Origin: Blastocatellia bacterium
Lineage (GTDB): Bacteria; Acidobacteriota; Blastocatellia; Pyrinomonadales; Pyrinomonadaceae
Direction of reading: 5' to 3'
Assembly (NCBI GenBank): GCA_033855775.1
Contig: JAWVFT010000047.1
Location: 4,263-68,262, forward strand
DNA length: 64,000 nucleotides
Below, piece after piece: positions 37,317 to 47,163 of this stretch. The notes under the pieces are model-generated. The model saw only the letters and a list, made by a program, of their open reading frames with translations, was not told the origin of the DNA and made no database searches. The stretch's first letter is position 1. The number at the start of each line of letters is the position of its first letter. The translations under genes and the position numbers were made by a program.

Positions 37317-37964
37317 TTGCGTATCAAATTTATTGTGGGCTTCAGCCTGCTGGCGCTGTCGGCGCTGGCCGCCGGATGCTCCGACAACAGCAACACAGCC
37401 AATAGCAACACCGCTACGACCAACACGGTGGCGACCACGACCACAACCGAGTCGAACATGAACGCCACCGAATCTAAAGTCTCCGACGCCGCCGACTCCG
37501 AAGTGACGGAGACGACGGACGCCACAGGTTCCAGAGTTCAGACACGCACGTTCAGGAATGACACGCACGTCTCCAAAGTTGTCGTGACGACAACCAAGTC
37601 AGGCACGCGCACGGCGAAGGTTTACCCGCGCGACGGCGGCGCGGCGCGCGACTTGCCGGAGAATAAAGTTGAGAGCGCTTTGCAGGCGACGGGCGACACG
37701 CTCGCAGACGCCGCCGGTTTCGTCGTAGACAAGACGAAGGACGCCGCCTCGGCGACGAAGGAAGGCGCAAAGGTCGTTGGCGAGAAGACTGTCGAAGGCG
37801 CGAAGACCGTCGGCGAAAAGACGGCTGAGGGAGCCAAGACGGTTGGCAGCAAGACTGCCGAGGGCGCAAAGACTGTCGGCGAGAAAACAGTCGAGGGCGC
37901 GAAGAAAGCCGGAGAAGGCGCGAAGAAAGTCGGCGGCAAGATTAAAGACGCCGTGACGCCTTAA
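37317..37964 (+). CDS. lipoprotein with C-terminal 11-residue tandem repeats
   Basis: TTG 37317 lies 10 nt after AGGAGG (37301-37306). Lipoprotein signal MRIKFIVGFSLLALSALAAGC. T/N-rich linker. Repeats of EGAKTVGEKT(V/A). The ORF-track start (37062) would overlap the tRNA and the sigma-54 promoter, so it is rejected. Confidence 0.75.
   Translation: MRIKFIVGFSLLALSALAAGCSDNSNTANSNTATTNTVATTTTTESNMNATESKVSDAADSEVTETTDATGSRVQTRTFRNDTHVSKVVVTTTKSGTRTAKVYPRDGGAARDLPENKVESALQATGDTLADAAGFVVDKTKDAASATKEGAKVVGEKTVEGAKTVGEKTAEGAKTVGSKTAEGAKTVGEKTVEGAKKAGEGAKKVGGKIKDAVTP
37761..37892 (+). repeat. four 33-bp in-frame tandem repeats (plus a degenerate fifth)
   Basis: Encodes EGAKVVGEKTV / EGAKTVGEKTA / EGAKTVGSKTA / EGAKTVGEKTV. 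The copies differ at synonymous sites. Confidence 0.8.
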
Positions 37965-38022
37965 CGAAGCTCAGGGCGGAAGCGTCTAGTTCAAACACCG
38001 CAGGGCAGTGAGTTCAAACATG

Positions 38023-38061
38023 AGAGGGCAGTCGTCAGATGACGGCTGCCCTCTTGTTTGT
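38023..38061 (+). terminator. Rho-independent terminator
   Basis: AGAGGGCAGTCGTC and GACGGCTGCCCTCT form a 14-bp stem (one G-T pair) with a 4-nt loop, followed by TGTTTGT. Confidence 0.8.
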
Positions 38062-38228
38062 CGCGCGTCGGTCGAAGCCGTTCGTCTTCGTGAAGCGTTC
38101 GCGCTTGTCCTGACCAACTCGCCGTCGAAGACCAATGATGCCGCCGAATGCTATACTAAAGGTTCCCTGCCGACAGCGTTCCCAATTTCGGCGGGCCACG
38201 CTAACCCGTAAAAGAATGGAGCAAGAGA

Positions 38229-38525
38229 ATGGCCGATGCGACACGCTTTACAATTTTATGCCCGTGCTGCGAGTCTGCCCTGACGATTGACGCGCAAACG
38301 GGCGCGCTCATCTCCCACGAAGAGAAGTCGAAACCAGTCGCTTCCTTCGACGAGATGCTCAAGGGTTTGGACAAGCAGAAGCAGCTGCGCGACCAACTCT
38401 TCCAGCAAGAGTTGGGTTCGCAGAAAGACCGCGAGCGACTGCTCGAAGAAAAATTCCAAGCGGCGATGAAGCGCGCGGAGAAGGATAAGGACAAGCCTTA
38501 CATCAACCCGCTCGACGTTGACTAA
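38229..38525 (+). CDS. small zinc-ribbon protein with charged coiled-coil tail
   Basis: A single CxxC (FTILCPCCESALTIDAQTG), then a K/E/Q-rich helix. GGAG lies upstream of the ATG. Confidence 0.55.
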   Translation: MADATRFTILCPCCESALTIDAQTGALISHEEKSKPVASFDEMLKGLDKQKQLRDQLFQQELGSQKDRERLLEEKFQAAMKRAEKDKDKPYINPLDVD

Positions 38526-38709
38526 GACCAGTGCGCGCGGGCGGGCGAATCCATCGGGTGAAACAAATTTTTACCGGATGCGTAAAGTAAGAACCGATGT
38601 GCAACAGCTTGCACGGCAGGCGGCATCCAAACGCCCGAACGACAGCTTGCCCGGCAAACTGCGGAAGTTCAAGCGCTCGGTTCACACACAATCATGGAGT
38701 CATCAAACA

Positions 38710-40107
38710 ATGCGTCCGTCTAAATTGTCTGCGCTCGTCGTCTGCGCCGTCGCGCTTCTTTCAGCCGCGCTCTTTGTCGCCACAGCCTCCGCGCAAAAAA
38801 GCAGCATGCCAACGAAAATTCCGAAAATAAATTATCAGGAACGCACGCTCAAGAACGGCTTGCGTGTCCTCAGCGTCGAAGACCATTCCAGCCCGACCGT
38901 CTCTATACAGGTCTGGTATCACGTCGGCTCGAAGGACGACCCCAACGGGCGCAGCGGCTTCGCGCATCTCTTCGAGCACATCATGTTCAAGAGCACGAAG
39001 AACATGAAATCCGAGATGCTCGACCGTTTGACGGAAGATGTCGGCGGCTACAACAACGCGTTCACCGCCGACGACGTGACGGTCTATTACGAAGTCGTGC
39101 CGTCGAATTATCTTGAGACTTTGCTCTGGGCCGAAAGCGACCGCCTCGGCGGCTTGAATGTTGACGAGCCGAATTTTAAATCCGAGCGCGCGGTCGTCGA
39201 GGAAGAGTTTCGCCAGAGTTATCTGGCCCCGCCTTACGGCAAGCTCGAATTGTTGATTCAGCAAAAGTCGTGGACGAAGCATCCGTACCAGCGACCCGGC
39301 ATCGGCAACATCGAAGAGTTGGACGCGGCGACGCTGGAAAACGTGCGAGCCTTTCACGGAACTTACTATCGCCCGGACAACGCCACGATGGTCGTCGCCG
39401 GAGACTTTGACCCGAAGCAACTCGACGCTTGGGTTGACAAGTATTTCGCTCGCCTGTCGAAGCCGAGCGCGCCGCTGCCGCGCGTCGAAGTCAAAGAGCC
39501 TGCGCGCACAGCCGAGCAACGCTTCGTAGAGTACGGCCAGAACGTCCCGCTCCCGGCGGTCGTTATCACGTATCTCGCGCCGCCCGCGGCGAGCAGCGAT
39601 GCCGTCGCCCTGCGCGTCGCCGAAGCCATCCTTTCGTCGGGCAATTCTTCGCGCCTCTATCGCGCTCTCGTCTATGAGCAGCAGGTCGCGCAGGAGGCGG
39701 ACGCAGACGCAGACTTGCGCGAAGACCCCGGCCTCTTTCTCTTCAAAGCCGTCCTCGCCAGCGACAAGAAGCCGGAGGAGGCGGAGCGCTCTTTGCTGGC
39801 CGAACTCAAGCGGATACAGGACGCGCCCGTCAGCGCGGCTGAGTTGGAGAAAGCGAAGAACCAGTTGGTGACTTCCAAGTTGCGCGAACGCGAGACGAAC
39901 AACGGCAAGGCTCAAGCTCTCGGCGAAGCCGCCGTCCTGCTCGGCGACCCGAACCGCATCAACACGGACGTTGAGCGGCTTCAGTCGGTCACGGCGGCGG
40001 ACGTGCAGCGCGTCATGCGCCAGTACTTCACGGACACCAACCGCGTCGTCATCTACTATCTGCCGGAATCCGCGCGCGCCACGCAAAACGCCGCCACAAA
40101 GAATTGA
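38710..40107 (+). CDS. M16 (pitrilysin) family zinc peptidase, active subunit
   Basis: Signal peptide MRPSKLSALVVCAVALLSAALFVATASA from ATG 38710. Inverted zinc motif HLFEH (HxxEH) in GFAHLFEHIMFKST. Confidence 0.9.
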   Translation: MRPSKLSALVVCAVALLSAALFVATASAQKSSMPTKIPKINYQERTLKNGLRVLSVEDHSSPTVSIQVWYHVGSKDDPNGRSGFAHLFEHIMFKSTKNMKSEMLDRLTEDVGGYNNAFTADDVTVYYEVVPSNYLETLLWAESDRLGGLNVDEPNFKSERAVVEEEFRQSYLAPPYGKLELLIQQKSWTKHPYQRPGIGNIEELDAATLENVRAFHGTYYRPDNATMVVAGDFDPKQLDAWVDKYFARLSKPSAPLPRVEVKEPARTAEQRFVEYGQNVPLPAVVITYLAPPAASSDAVALRVAEAILSSGNSSRLYRALVYEQQVAQEADADADLREDPGLFLFKAVLASDKKPEEAERSLLAELKRIQDAPVSAAELEKAKNQLVTSKLRERETNNGKAQALGEAAVLLGDPNRINTDVERLQSVTAADVQRVMRQYFTDTNRVVIYYLPESARATQNAATKN

Positions 40108-40118
40108 GGTGAGAATAG

Positions 40119-41618
40119 ATGACCATCAGCAAAAGCTTCATCCAACGTTCTCTTACGCTATCGGCGCTCGCAGCGTTGATTATCGCTATGATGTCAATTA
40201 ACACACACGCCCAACAGGAGCAGCCGCCGCAGCCTTCCGCTCCGCGCTCGGTCAAACTGCCGCAGCCGGTCGAGAAGACATTGAAGAACGGGTTGCGCGT
40301 CATCGTCGTCGAACGCAGCGGGATGCCGCTCGTCAGCGCGCAACTGCTGGTGAAGAACGGCGGCGAGGTTGACCCGGAAACTCTGCCCGGCGTGGCCAAC
40401 ATGACGGCGACGCTGTTGACCGAAGGCACCGCGACGCGCACCGCTCCGCAGATTGCCGAAGAGATAGAAGCTCTCGGCGGCAGCCTCAACTCGCGCGCCG
40501 GTTGGGACGCTTCCGGGGCGAGCGTCAACGTTATGTCAGAGCGCGTCGCCCCGGCGATGAACATTCTGGCCGACGTGATACGCAATCCGGCCTTCAAGGA
40601 CGAAGAGATTGAGCGCCAGCGCCAGCAAGCGATTGACGACTTGAGCGTCAGGCTCAGCCAGCCGGGAACGATTGCCCGCGCCGTCGCCGCGCGCGTCCTC
40701 TACGGCACGACGCCCTACGGCCACATGCTCAGCGGCACGCCCGAAAGCCTCGCTCTCATCAAGCGCGATGACTTGGTTAAGTTTCATCAAACTTATTACA
40801 GGCCGGACAATGCGGTCCTCGTCATCGGCGGCGACATCAAGCCGCAGCAGGCTTTCGCTCTCGCGGAAAAACTTTTCGGCGACTGGCAGAAGCCGACCTC
40901 GCTATTGGTGGTCATAAGCAATAATGCGAAGCCGAGCGCCGCGAAGCAGCGCGTGCTGGTGATTGACAAGCCTGACGCGGGGCAGGCTGCGGTCGTCTTC
41001 GTGCGCAGCGGCTTGAAGCGCACCGACCCAGACTTCTTTCGCGGCATCGTCACCAACTCCGTCTTGAGCGGCTATTCCGGTCGGCTCAATCAAGAGATTC
41101 GCATCAAGCGCGGCCTGAGCTATGGCGCGCGCAGCAGCCTCGACGCGCGCCGCGAGACGGGGCCGTTCACCGCTGAAACGCAGACCAAGAACGAATCGGG
41201 CGCGGAGGTCGCGTCGCTCATCATCGGCGAGATTAAGCGTTTATCGAGCGAGGCGGTCGCCGACGCCGAACTGCTGCCGCGCAAGTCCGTCATCATCGGC
41301 GGCTTCGGTCGCGGTTTGGAAACCAACGACGATCTCGTTAATCAAATCAGCAATCTAGCGCTCTACGGCATCAACCTGAGCGAGATAAACAGCTACATCA
41401 ACAACGTGCAGTCCGTCACCGCCGCCGACGTGCAGAAGTTTGCAGGCGCAAGGCTCGTCGCAGACGACGCTTCCATCATCATCGTCGGCAAAGCCAGCGC
41501 GTTTCTGGACGCTCTGCGCAAGCAGTTCCCGAACGTTGAAGTCATCCCGGTCGCAGACCTTGAATTGAACGGTGCCACGTTGCGGCGAGCCGCAACATCC
41601 GGCGCGACCAAGCCGTGA
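40119..41618 (+). CDS. M16 family peptidase, non-catalytic partner subunit
   Basis: Signal peptide. M16 fold pattern, but there is no HxxEH at the equivalent site (GVANMTATLLTEGT). Lies 11 nt after the first M16 gene. Confidence 0.85.
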   Translation: MTISKSFIQRSLTLSALAALIIAMMSINTHAQQEQPPQPSAPRSVKLPQPVEKTLKNGLRVIVVERSGMPLVSAQLLVKNGGEVDPETLPGVANMTATLLTEGTATRTAPQIAEEIEALGGSLNSRAGWDASGASVNVMSERVAPAMNILADVIRNPAFKDEEIERQRQQAIDDLSVRLSQPGTIARAVAARVLYGTTPYGHMLSGTPESLALIKRDDLVKFHQTYYRPDNAVLVIGGDIKPQQAFALAEKLFGDWQKPTSLLVVISNNAKPSAAKQRVLVIDKPDAGQAAVVFVRSGLKRTDPDFFRGIVTNSVLSGYSGRLNQEIRIKRGLSYGARSSLDARRETGPFTAETQTKNESGAEVASLIIGEIKRLSSEAVADAELLPRKSVIIGGFGRGLETNDDLVNQISNLALYGINLSEINSYINNVQSVTAADVQKFAGARLVADDASIIIVGKASAFLDALRKQFPNVEVIPVADLELNGATLRRAATSGATKP

Positions 41619-41687
41619 CGCGTACGCAGTGATCGCGCCCGCGCCTTTTCGAGCCGGAGTAAGAAGTCTTAAGGAGAACGAAAGCTC

Positions 41688-42329
41688 ATGCGACGTTTAG
41701 CCAGACTGTCATGTTGCTTCTTCAGTCTCGCGCTGCTGGCCGCGACCGCCAACAGCTTCGCGCTGGCGCAGGGCAGCGAAACCATAGCCACACAGCCGCG
41801 CGAAGAGACAGCCGTTTTCATCAGCGAACTCGGCAGCAGCGAGCCGTTTGTGCGCCGGCAGGCGGCGGAAGAGTTGGCCCGCCGCGCCGACACAGACCAC
41901 TTGAAATTAATCGAGGGCTATCGTCTGCAAGAGAAGAACGCGCAGGTCAAGCTGGCTCTCGATTGGGCGCTTTATCGAATGGGCAAGAGCGCGACGCTCT
42001 TTTCGCTGGTGCGCGCTCTCGATTCATCTCAAGCCGAACAGGCGTCCGCGTATCTCAAGCAACTCGAAAGCCCGCACCCGCTCTACATTTTTCTGGGCCA
42101 GACGAAGCGCGCGGCGCAGGCGCGGCTGCTCGAAGTGTTGGGCGCAATCGGCGACGCCGAAACGCTCGAACGCATCAAGCCCTTGCTCGAATCCTTTGAG
42201 CCAGCGGTTGCCGTCGCCGCCGAGCAGGCCACAGAGCTAATCAACACGCGCATCGCGCAGACGCCCGCCGAAGCGCAGCAGCCCACGCGCCCGCGCACCG
42301 TCGGCCAAACCGTCGAAGCAACGCCCTGA
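41688..42329 (+). CDS. secreted HEAT-repeat protein
   Basis: Signal peptide MRRLARLSCCFFSLALLAATANSFA. HEAT/PBS-lyase-like repeats (EPFVRRQAAEELARRAD, AQVKLALDWALYRMG, RAAQARLLEVLGAIGD). Confidence 0.6.
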   Translation: MRRLARLSCCFFSLALLAATANSFALAQGSETIATQPREETAVFISELGSSEPFVRRQAAEELARRADTDHLKLIEGYRLQEKNAQVKLALDWALYRMGKSATLFSLVRALDSSQAEQASAYLKQLESPHPLYIFLGQTKRAAQARLLEVLGAIGDAETLERIKPLLESFEPAVAVAAEQATELINTRIAQTPAEAQQPTRPRTVGQTVEATP

Positions 42330-42356
42330 ACTCGCAAGTCGAGCGCAACAATCACA

Positions 42357-42395
42357 ACGGGAGCGAATCATCCGACTCGCTCCCGTTCGCTTTAC
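42357..42395 (+). terminator. terminator-like hairpin
   Basis: ACGGGAGCGA (42357-42366) and TCGCTCCCGT (42377-42386) form a perfect 10-bp stem, followed by TCGCTTTAC (weak T tract). Confidence 0.5.
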
Positions 42396-42425
42396 GCTAT
42401 ACTAATCGGGTTTCCACTTTCAAAA

Positions 42426-42480
42426 TTCAGCCTTCAAGTTGACAACCGGAGAACCTGAAGATTGAAACTTGAAGCCTGAA
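42426..42480. repeat. hairpin with 15-nt arms of TTCAAG-type words
   Basis: TTCAGCCTTCAAGTT (42426-42440) is complementary at 14/15 positions to AACTTGAAGCCTGAA (42466-42480). It ends 4 nt before the UbiD-family ATG. Confidence 0.65.
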
Positions 42481-42484
42481 ACCT

Positions 42485-44260
42485 ATGCACCCAAACCTAC
42501 GCTCATTTCTAGACCTGCTCGTGCGCGAGCGCGAACTCATCCGAATCAGAACAGAGGTTGACCCGTATCTCGAACTGGCCGAAGTTCATCGTCGCGTCAT
42601 CGAGCGCGGCGGCCCGGCCCTGCTCTTCGAGCGCGTCAAGGGCAGCCGTTATCCGGTCGTCACCAATCTCTTCGGCACGGCCCGCCGCATCGAGTTGGCC
42701 TTCGGCCCGAAACCCGAAGCCCTCGTCTCTCGTGTCGTGCATGTGGCCGAGTCGCTCTTGCCGCCGCGCCCCTCGGAACTCTGGCAGCACCGCTCGCTGG
42801 CCCTCGAAGCCCTGAAGCTCGGCACGCGCAACACGCGCCGCGCGCCCGTCGCGCAAGTCATGGACAAGCCTGCGCGGCTAGAAGAATTGCCCGTGCTAAC
42901 GACTTGGCAGGAAGACGGCGGGCCGTTCTTCACGCTGCCGCTCGTCTACACCGAGCATCCCGCGACGCGCAAGCATAATCTTGGCATGTATCGCATGCAG
43001 CGTTACGACGCGCAGACGACGGGCCTCCACTGGCAGATACACAAAGGCGGCGGCTTTCATTATCACGAAGCGGAAGCCTTGGGGCAGCCCTTGCCTGTGA
43101 CGATGTTTCTTGGCGGCCCGCCCGCTTTGATTCTCGCGGCCATCGCGCCGCTGCCGGAAGACGTGCCGGAGTTGGTGCTGGCCTCCGTGCTGGCAGGCGA
43201 GAGAGTGCGCATGACGAAGAACCCGCTCGGAGAGAATCGTCATCGCCTCGTCGCCGAAGCGGAGTTTGCGTTGGTCGGCCAAGTGCCTGCGCGCGAGCGT
43301 CGGCCCGAAGGGCCGTTCGGCGACCACTACGGCTACTATTCGCTGCAACATGATTATCCTGTCTTCAACGTCGAGGCCGTCTTTCATCGCCGCGACGCCA
43401 TCTATCCGGCGACGGTTGTGGGCAAGCCGCGACAGGAAGATTTCTTCATCGGCGACTACTTGCAAAAGTTGCTTTCGCCGCTCTTTCCGCTCGTGATGCC
43501 GAGCGTCCGCGACTTATGGACGTACGGCGAGACGGGCTTTCATTCGCTCTGCGCGGCGGTCGTGCGCGAACGCTACAGCCGCGAAGCTTTAGTCTCAGGC
43601 TTTCGCATTCTCGGCGAAGGCCAACTCTCTTTGACCAAGTTTCTGCTGCTCACGGACACGCCGCAAGACTTGAAGGACTTTCGCAGCCTTTTCGAGCACA
43701 TTCTCGCGCGCACTCGTTGGGAAAGCGACCTCTTCATCTTTTCCAACGTCTCGATGGACACGCTCGACTACACGAGCGGCAAGGTCAACGAAGGCAGCAA
43801 GGCCATCTTGCTCGGCTTGGGCGAAGCCGTGCGCGACTTGCCGCGCGAGTTTCGCGCTCCGCTGCCGCCAAAGGTCAAGCGCGCGGAAGTCTTCTGCGGC
43901 GGCTGTCTCGTCGTCGAAGGCGCATCATACGCGGAAGACGAAGGGCAAGCCGCGCGTCTCGCTCAAGACGAGGCTTTTAAAGAATGGCCGCTCGTCATCC
44001 TGCACGACGATGCAAGCGTGGCTCTCAACACGGCTGATTTTCTGTGGGCCACCTGGACGCGCTTTGAGCCTGCCTCGGACATCTACGCCGCCGCGACAAT
44101 CGTGCGGCGTCATCATCTTTCTTATCGCCCGCCCGTCGTCATTGACGCGCGCATGAAGCCCGGCTATCCGGCGGAACTCATCGTGCGCCCGGACATCGGC
44201 GCGCTGGTCGAAAGACGCTGGCGCGACTATTTCCCCGAAGGCCTGGGCAAAGCGGACTGA
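42485..44260 (+). CDS. UbiD-family (prenylated-FMN-dependent) decarboxylase, long form
   Basis: N-terminal LRSFLDLLVRERELIRI, plus MYRMQRYD...HWQIHKGG and FGDHYGYY segments typical of UbiD/SCO4490-like proteins. At 591 aa it is longer than classical UbiD. Confidence 0.8.
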   Translation: MHPNLRSFLDLLVRERELIRIRTEVDPYLELAEVHRRVIERGGPALLFERVKGSRYPVVTNLFGTARRIELAFGPKPEALVSRVVHVAESLLPPRPSELWQHRSLALEALKLGTRNTRRAPVAQVMDKPARLEELPVLTTWQEDGGPFFTLPLVYTEHPATRKHNLGMYRMQRYDAQTTGLHWQIHKGGGFHYHEAEALGQPLPVTMFLGGPPALILAAIAPLPEDVPELVLASVLAGERVRMTKNPLGENRHRLVAEAEFALVGQVPARERRPEGPFGDHYGYYSLQHDYPVFNVEAVFHRRDAIYPATVVGKPRQEDFFIGDYLQKLLSPLFPLVMPSVRDLWTYGETGFHSLCAAVVRERYSREALVSGFRILGEGQLSLTKFLLLTDTPQDLKDFRSLFEHILARTRWESDLFIFSNVSMDTLDYTSGKVNEGSKAILLGLGEAVRDLPREFRAPLPPKVKRAEVFCGGCLVVEGASYAEDEGQAARLAQDEAFKEWPLVILHDDASVALNTADFLWATWTRFEPASDIYAAATIVRRHHLSYRPPVVIDARMKPGYPAELIVRPDIGALVERRWRDYFPEGLGKAD

Positions 44261-44271
44261 ACAGGGAAGCG

Positions 44272-45135
44272 ATGAAAATCTCAAGGCGCAAGAAGAAGTA
44301 CGCTCTCATCACGACTGGCAGCCTGTTGCTCATCGGCGTGCTGCTCGGAGTGTGGGCTTTCGTCATCGAGCCGAATCGTTTGACGGTCAACGAAGTGTCC
44401 ATCAAGCTGCCGCGTTGGCCGCCGGCCTTCGCGGGCCTGCGCGTCGCGCTCATCTCGGATTTGCACGTCGGCTCGCCGCACATTGACGTGGCGAAGTTGC
44501 GGCGCGTCGTTGAGATGACCAACGCGGCGCAGCCCGACTTAACGCTTCTCGCCGGAGATTTCATGGTGACGAGCCGCATTCATCAAGCCGTCGAGCCGGA
44601 AGTCATCGCGGGAGAACTGAAGAACCTGCGCGCTCGTTTCGGGGTCTACACAGTTCTCGGCAATCACGATTGGTGGTACGACGGCGAGCGCGTTCGCGCA
44701 GCCTTTGAAGGCGCAGGCATTCGCGTCCTTGAAAATGATGTGGCGCAAATTCAACACGAAGGACAGTCGCTCTGGCTGGCCGGAATCGCTGACGCATGGA
44801 CACGCAAGCCCGACATCGAAGGCACGTTGCGAAAGGTGACGGACGACGGCCCCGTCATCATCCTGACTCATAACCCTGACATCTTCCCGAACGTTCCGGC
44901 CAGAGTGAGCCTGACCCTGGCCGGACACACGCACGGCGGTCAGGTCAACATCCCTTTCGTCGGTCGCTTGAAAGTGCCTTCCGAATACGGTCAACGCTAT
45001 GCCATCGGCCACGTTGTCGAAGAGAGCCGTCATCTCTTCGTCACGCCCGGCGTCGGCACGAGCATCATCGCCGTTCGCTTCCGCGTCCCGCCGGAAATCT
45101 CTCTGCTGACGCTGACGGCGGAGGCCGCTCCCTAA
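44272..45135 (+). CDS. membrane-anchored metallophosphoesterase
   Basis: TM helix, then calcineurin-like motifs ISDLHVG, GDF, GNHD, GHTHGGQ. Confidence 0.88.
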   Translation: MKISRRKKKYALITTGSLLLIGVLLGVWAFVIEPNRLTVNEVSIKLPRWPPAFAGLRVALISDLHVGSPHIDVAKLRRVVEMTNAAQPDLTLLAGDFMVTSRIHQAVEPEVIAGELKNLRARFGVYTVLGNHDWWYDGERVRAAFEGAGIRVLENDVAQIQHEGQSLWLAGIADAWTRKPDIEGTLRKVTDDGPVIILTHNPDIFPNVPARVSLTLAGHTHGGQVNIPFVGRLKVPSEYGQRYAIGHVVEESRHLFVTPGVGTSIIAVRFRVPPEISLLTLTAEAAP

Positions 45136-45215
45136 CGAATGACAACCAACCTTGAATCATGTTATAGGCTCTCGTGAAGCACAAACGAAACTATCATCAA
45201 CGGAGACACTCTTTC

Positions 45216-45692
45216 ATGCGACTCTTAAAATCAACGGCCTTCTTCCTGCTGCTCTGCGCCTGTGTCAGCGCAGCCGCTTCCAACATCGGCGCGACGCGAC
45301 ACGCCAAAGCTCGCTCCGCGCAGCAGCATCGAGACAGGGTTATCTCAACCCGAACCGTGAAAGGCTCGCTCAAGGGTTTCGAGGTCGGCGATTATATGCA
45401 TGCAGTCATCAAGCTTCAGAGCGGCAAGGAAGATTCTTACTTCATAGGCTCGCCCGGCCTGGACTATTTTCTGGCCCTGCACAAAGGCGAGCCGCTGACG
45501 CTCACTTATCAGGTGGTTGATTCTTACATTGAACAGGCTGGCGGCGTGCAGCGAATTAACCGGCTCAGCGGCGCGCGCGCAGGCAAGCTGACCCACGCCG
45601 CCTGGTGGAAAAATATGCGGGCCAAACATTCCTTCGCGCAACTGGATAAGATGTACGGCAGCCTGACCGAGAAATACAGGCTCAATCCTTAA
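45216..45692 (+). CDS. secreted hypothetical protein
   Basis: ATG 45216 lies after GGAG (45202-45205). Signal peptide MRLLKSTAFFLLLCACVSAAAS. No family recognised. Confidence 0.5.
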   Translation: MRLLKSTAFFLLLCACVSAAASNIGATRHAKARSAQQHRDRVISTRTVKGSLKGFEVGDYMHAVIKLQSGKEDSYFIGSPGLDYFLALHKGEPLTLTYQVVDSYIEQAGGVQRINRLSGARAGKLTHAAWWKNMRAKHSFAQLDKMYGSLTEKYRLNP

Positions 45693-45732
45693 AGTCTGAG
45701 AAGCGAAAGCAAGCGCGGAGGCGAGCGTTCAA

Positions 45733-47163
45733 TCAAGCCTGCTTCAGCGGAAGCGTTAGCCTTGCTTCGCAGCCTTGCTTGTGCGGGCGGTCTTGCAGCG
45801 TCAGCGAGCCGCCGTGCGCTTCGGCTATCTGTCGGCTTAAGACCAGGCCGATGCCTGAGCCGTTCGGCTTCGTGGTGAAGAAGGGAACGAACAGGTTCGA
45901 CGTGTTCGACAATCCCGGCCCGTCGTCTTCGATGATGATTTCAAGGACGCTCGCTCTCTGTCGCCAGGCGAGATGAACATGGCCGCTGGTTTCGAGCGCG
46001 GCGTCAACGGCGTTGCGGAGCAGATTGATGAGCAGTTGTTCAAGCTGGTCTTCGTCGGCCTCAACGACGAGCGCGGGGCCGTCCTGAAGCTTGATGCTCA
46101 AGCGCGTTTCCAGACTCGCAGCGCGACGAATCAGCGGGGCGACATCAACGGGACGAAGCACTGGCGCGGGCAGGCGCGCGAGCCTCGCGTAAGCGTTCAT
46201 GAAACGGCTCAGGGCTTCGGAGCGCTTGGCGATGATGGCCAAACCCTGCCGGACATCTTCGCGCCAGTCGGGCGGCTGCGGCTCGCGCGAGAGCAAGCTT
46301 TCAAGACTTCCGGCGATTGATTTAATCGGCGTCAGCGAGTTGTTCAACTCATGGCCGAGGACGCGCACGAGGCGTTGCCATGCGGCGCGTTCCTCTTCGC
46401 GTAGGGCGCGGCTGAGATTGGCGACGACCAGCAGTTGAACGGGCATCCCGTGTTCGCGAAACTGGCTGCGCCTGATTTCCCAACGCGCGCTGCCCGCCGG
46501 AAACTCCGCTTCGACAACGCGCAACGCATCGCCGCGCAGGTAATCCGCGAGCTTCAACTCCGTCGCGCTCATGCCCGCCAGACGCTCGCCGGGTTGCCGC
46601 AGCAATCGCTCGCCTGCGCGATTGACAAGCCGCAATCGCTCGCCCGCATCGAAAGCGAAAATGGCTACGTCAATCTCCGCCATCACCGTTCGCAGCAACG
46701 CCGTCGCTTCGAGCGCGCCGAGCCTTTGCTCGCGCAACGTTTCGCCGAGCGCGTTGACTTCAATGATAACTTCGCCGAGCGCGTCCAAAGGCTTTGCTCC
46801 GCGAGCGCGAATCGAATAGTCGCCTTCGCGCAACGCCGCCAGCAGATTGCTCATCGTTTGCAGCGGTCGCATCACTCGTTCCCTGAGCGCGAGCGCGCAG
46901 CCGAGCCATGCAAAGAGCACGAGCGCGGTCAGCGTCCATCTCACCTTGGACGAATAGCCGTCGCCCCACAGCAAGACGAGCGCGACGATTGACGCGGGCA
47001 ATCCGGCCAACAACGCCAGCCCGAAAATTTGATTCTGATGATTGAGACGACGGAAGATCGAGAGCGTTGGCAAGCGGGAAGTCGCGGGCTTGCGCCGCCG
47101 CGTGACGATTGACTCCGGCGGCTGCGGTCGCGGCTCTTCGATGCTCGCTCGTTCAGAGGCCAT
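45733..47163 (-). CDS. sensor histidine kinase (2 TM, HAMP, HisKA, HATPase_c)
   Basis: H-box LGHELNNSLTPI, N-box LLRNAVDA, G-boxes DDGPGL and GSGIGL. Overlaps the upstream regulator gene by 11 nt. Confidence 0.9.
   Translation of the reverse strand: MASERASIEEPRPQPPESIVTRRRKPATSRLPTLSIFRRLNHQNQIFGLALLAGLPASIVALVLLWGDGYSSKVRWTLTALVLFAWLGCALALRERVMRPLQTMSNLLAALREGDYSIRARGAKPLDALGEVIIEVNALGETLREQRLGALEATALLRTVMAEIDVAIFAFDAGERLRLVNRAGERLLRQPGERLAGMSATELKLADYLRGDALRVVEAEFPAGSARWEIRRSQFREHGMPVQLLVVANLSRALREEERAAWQRLVRVLGHELNNSLTPIKSIAGSLESLLSREPQPPDWREDVRQGLAIIAKRSEALSRFMNAYARLARLPAPVLRPVDVAPLIRRAASLETRLSIKLQDGPALVVEADEDQLEQLLINLLRNAVDAALETSGHVHLAWRQRASVLEIIIEDDGPGLSNTSNLFVPFFTTKPNGSGIGLVLSRQIAEAHGGSLTLQDRPHKQGCEARLTLPLKQA

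Noticed and set aside
38761-40086. 441-aa ORF on the minus strand
   Set aside because: It is entirely antisense to the M16 peptidase gene, which has clear motifs (HLFEH, signal peptide). Its Arg/Ala/Gly-rich composition is typical of shadow ORFs in high-GC DNA.
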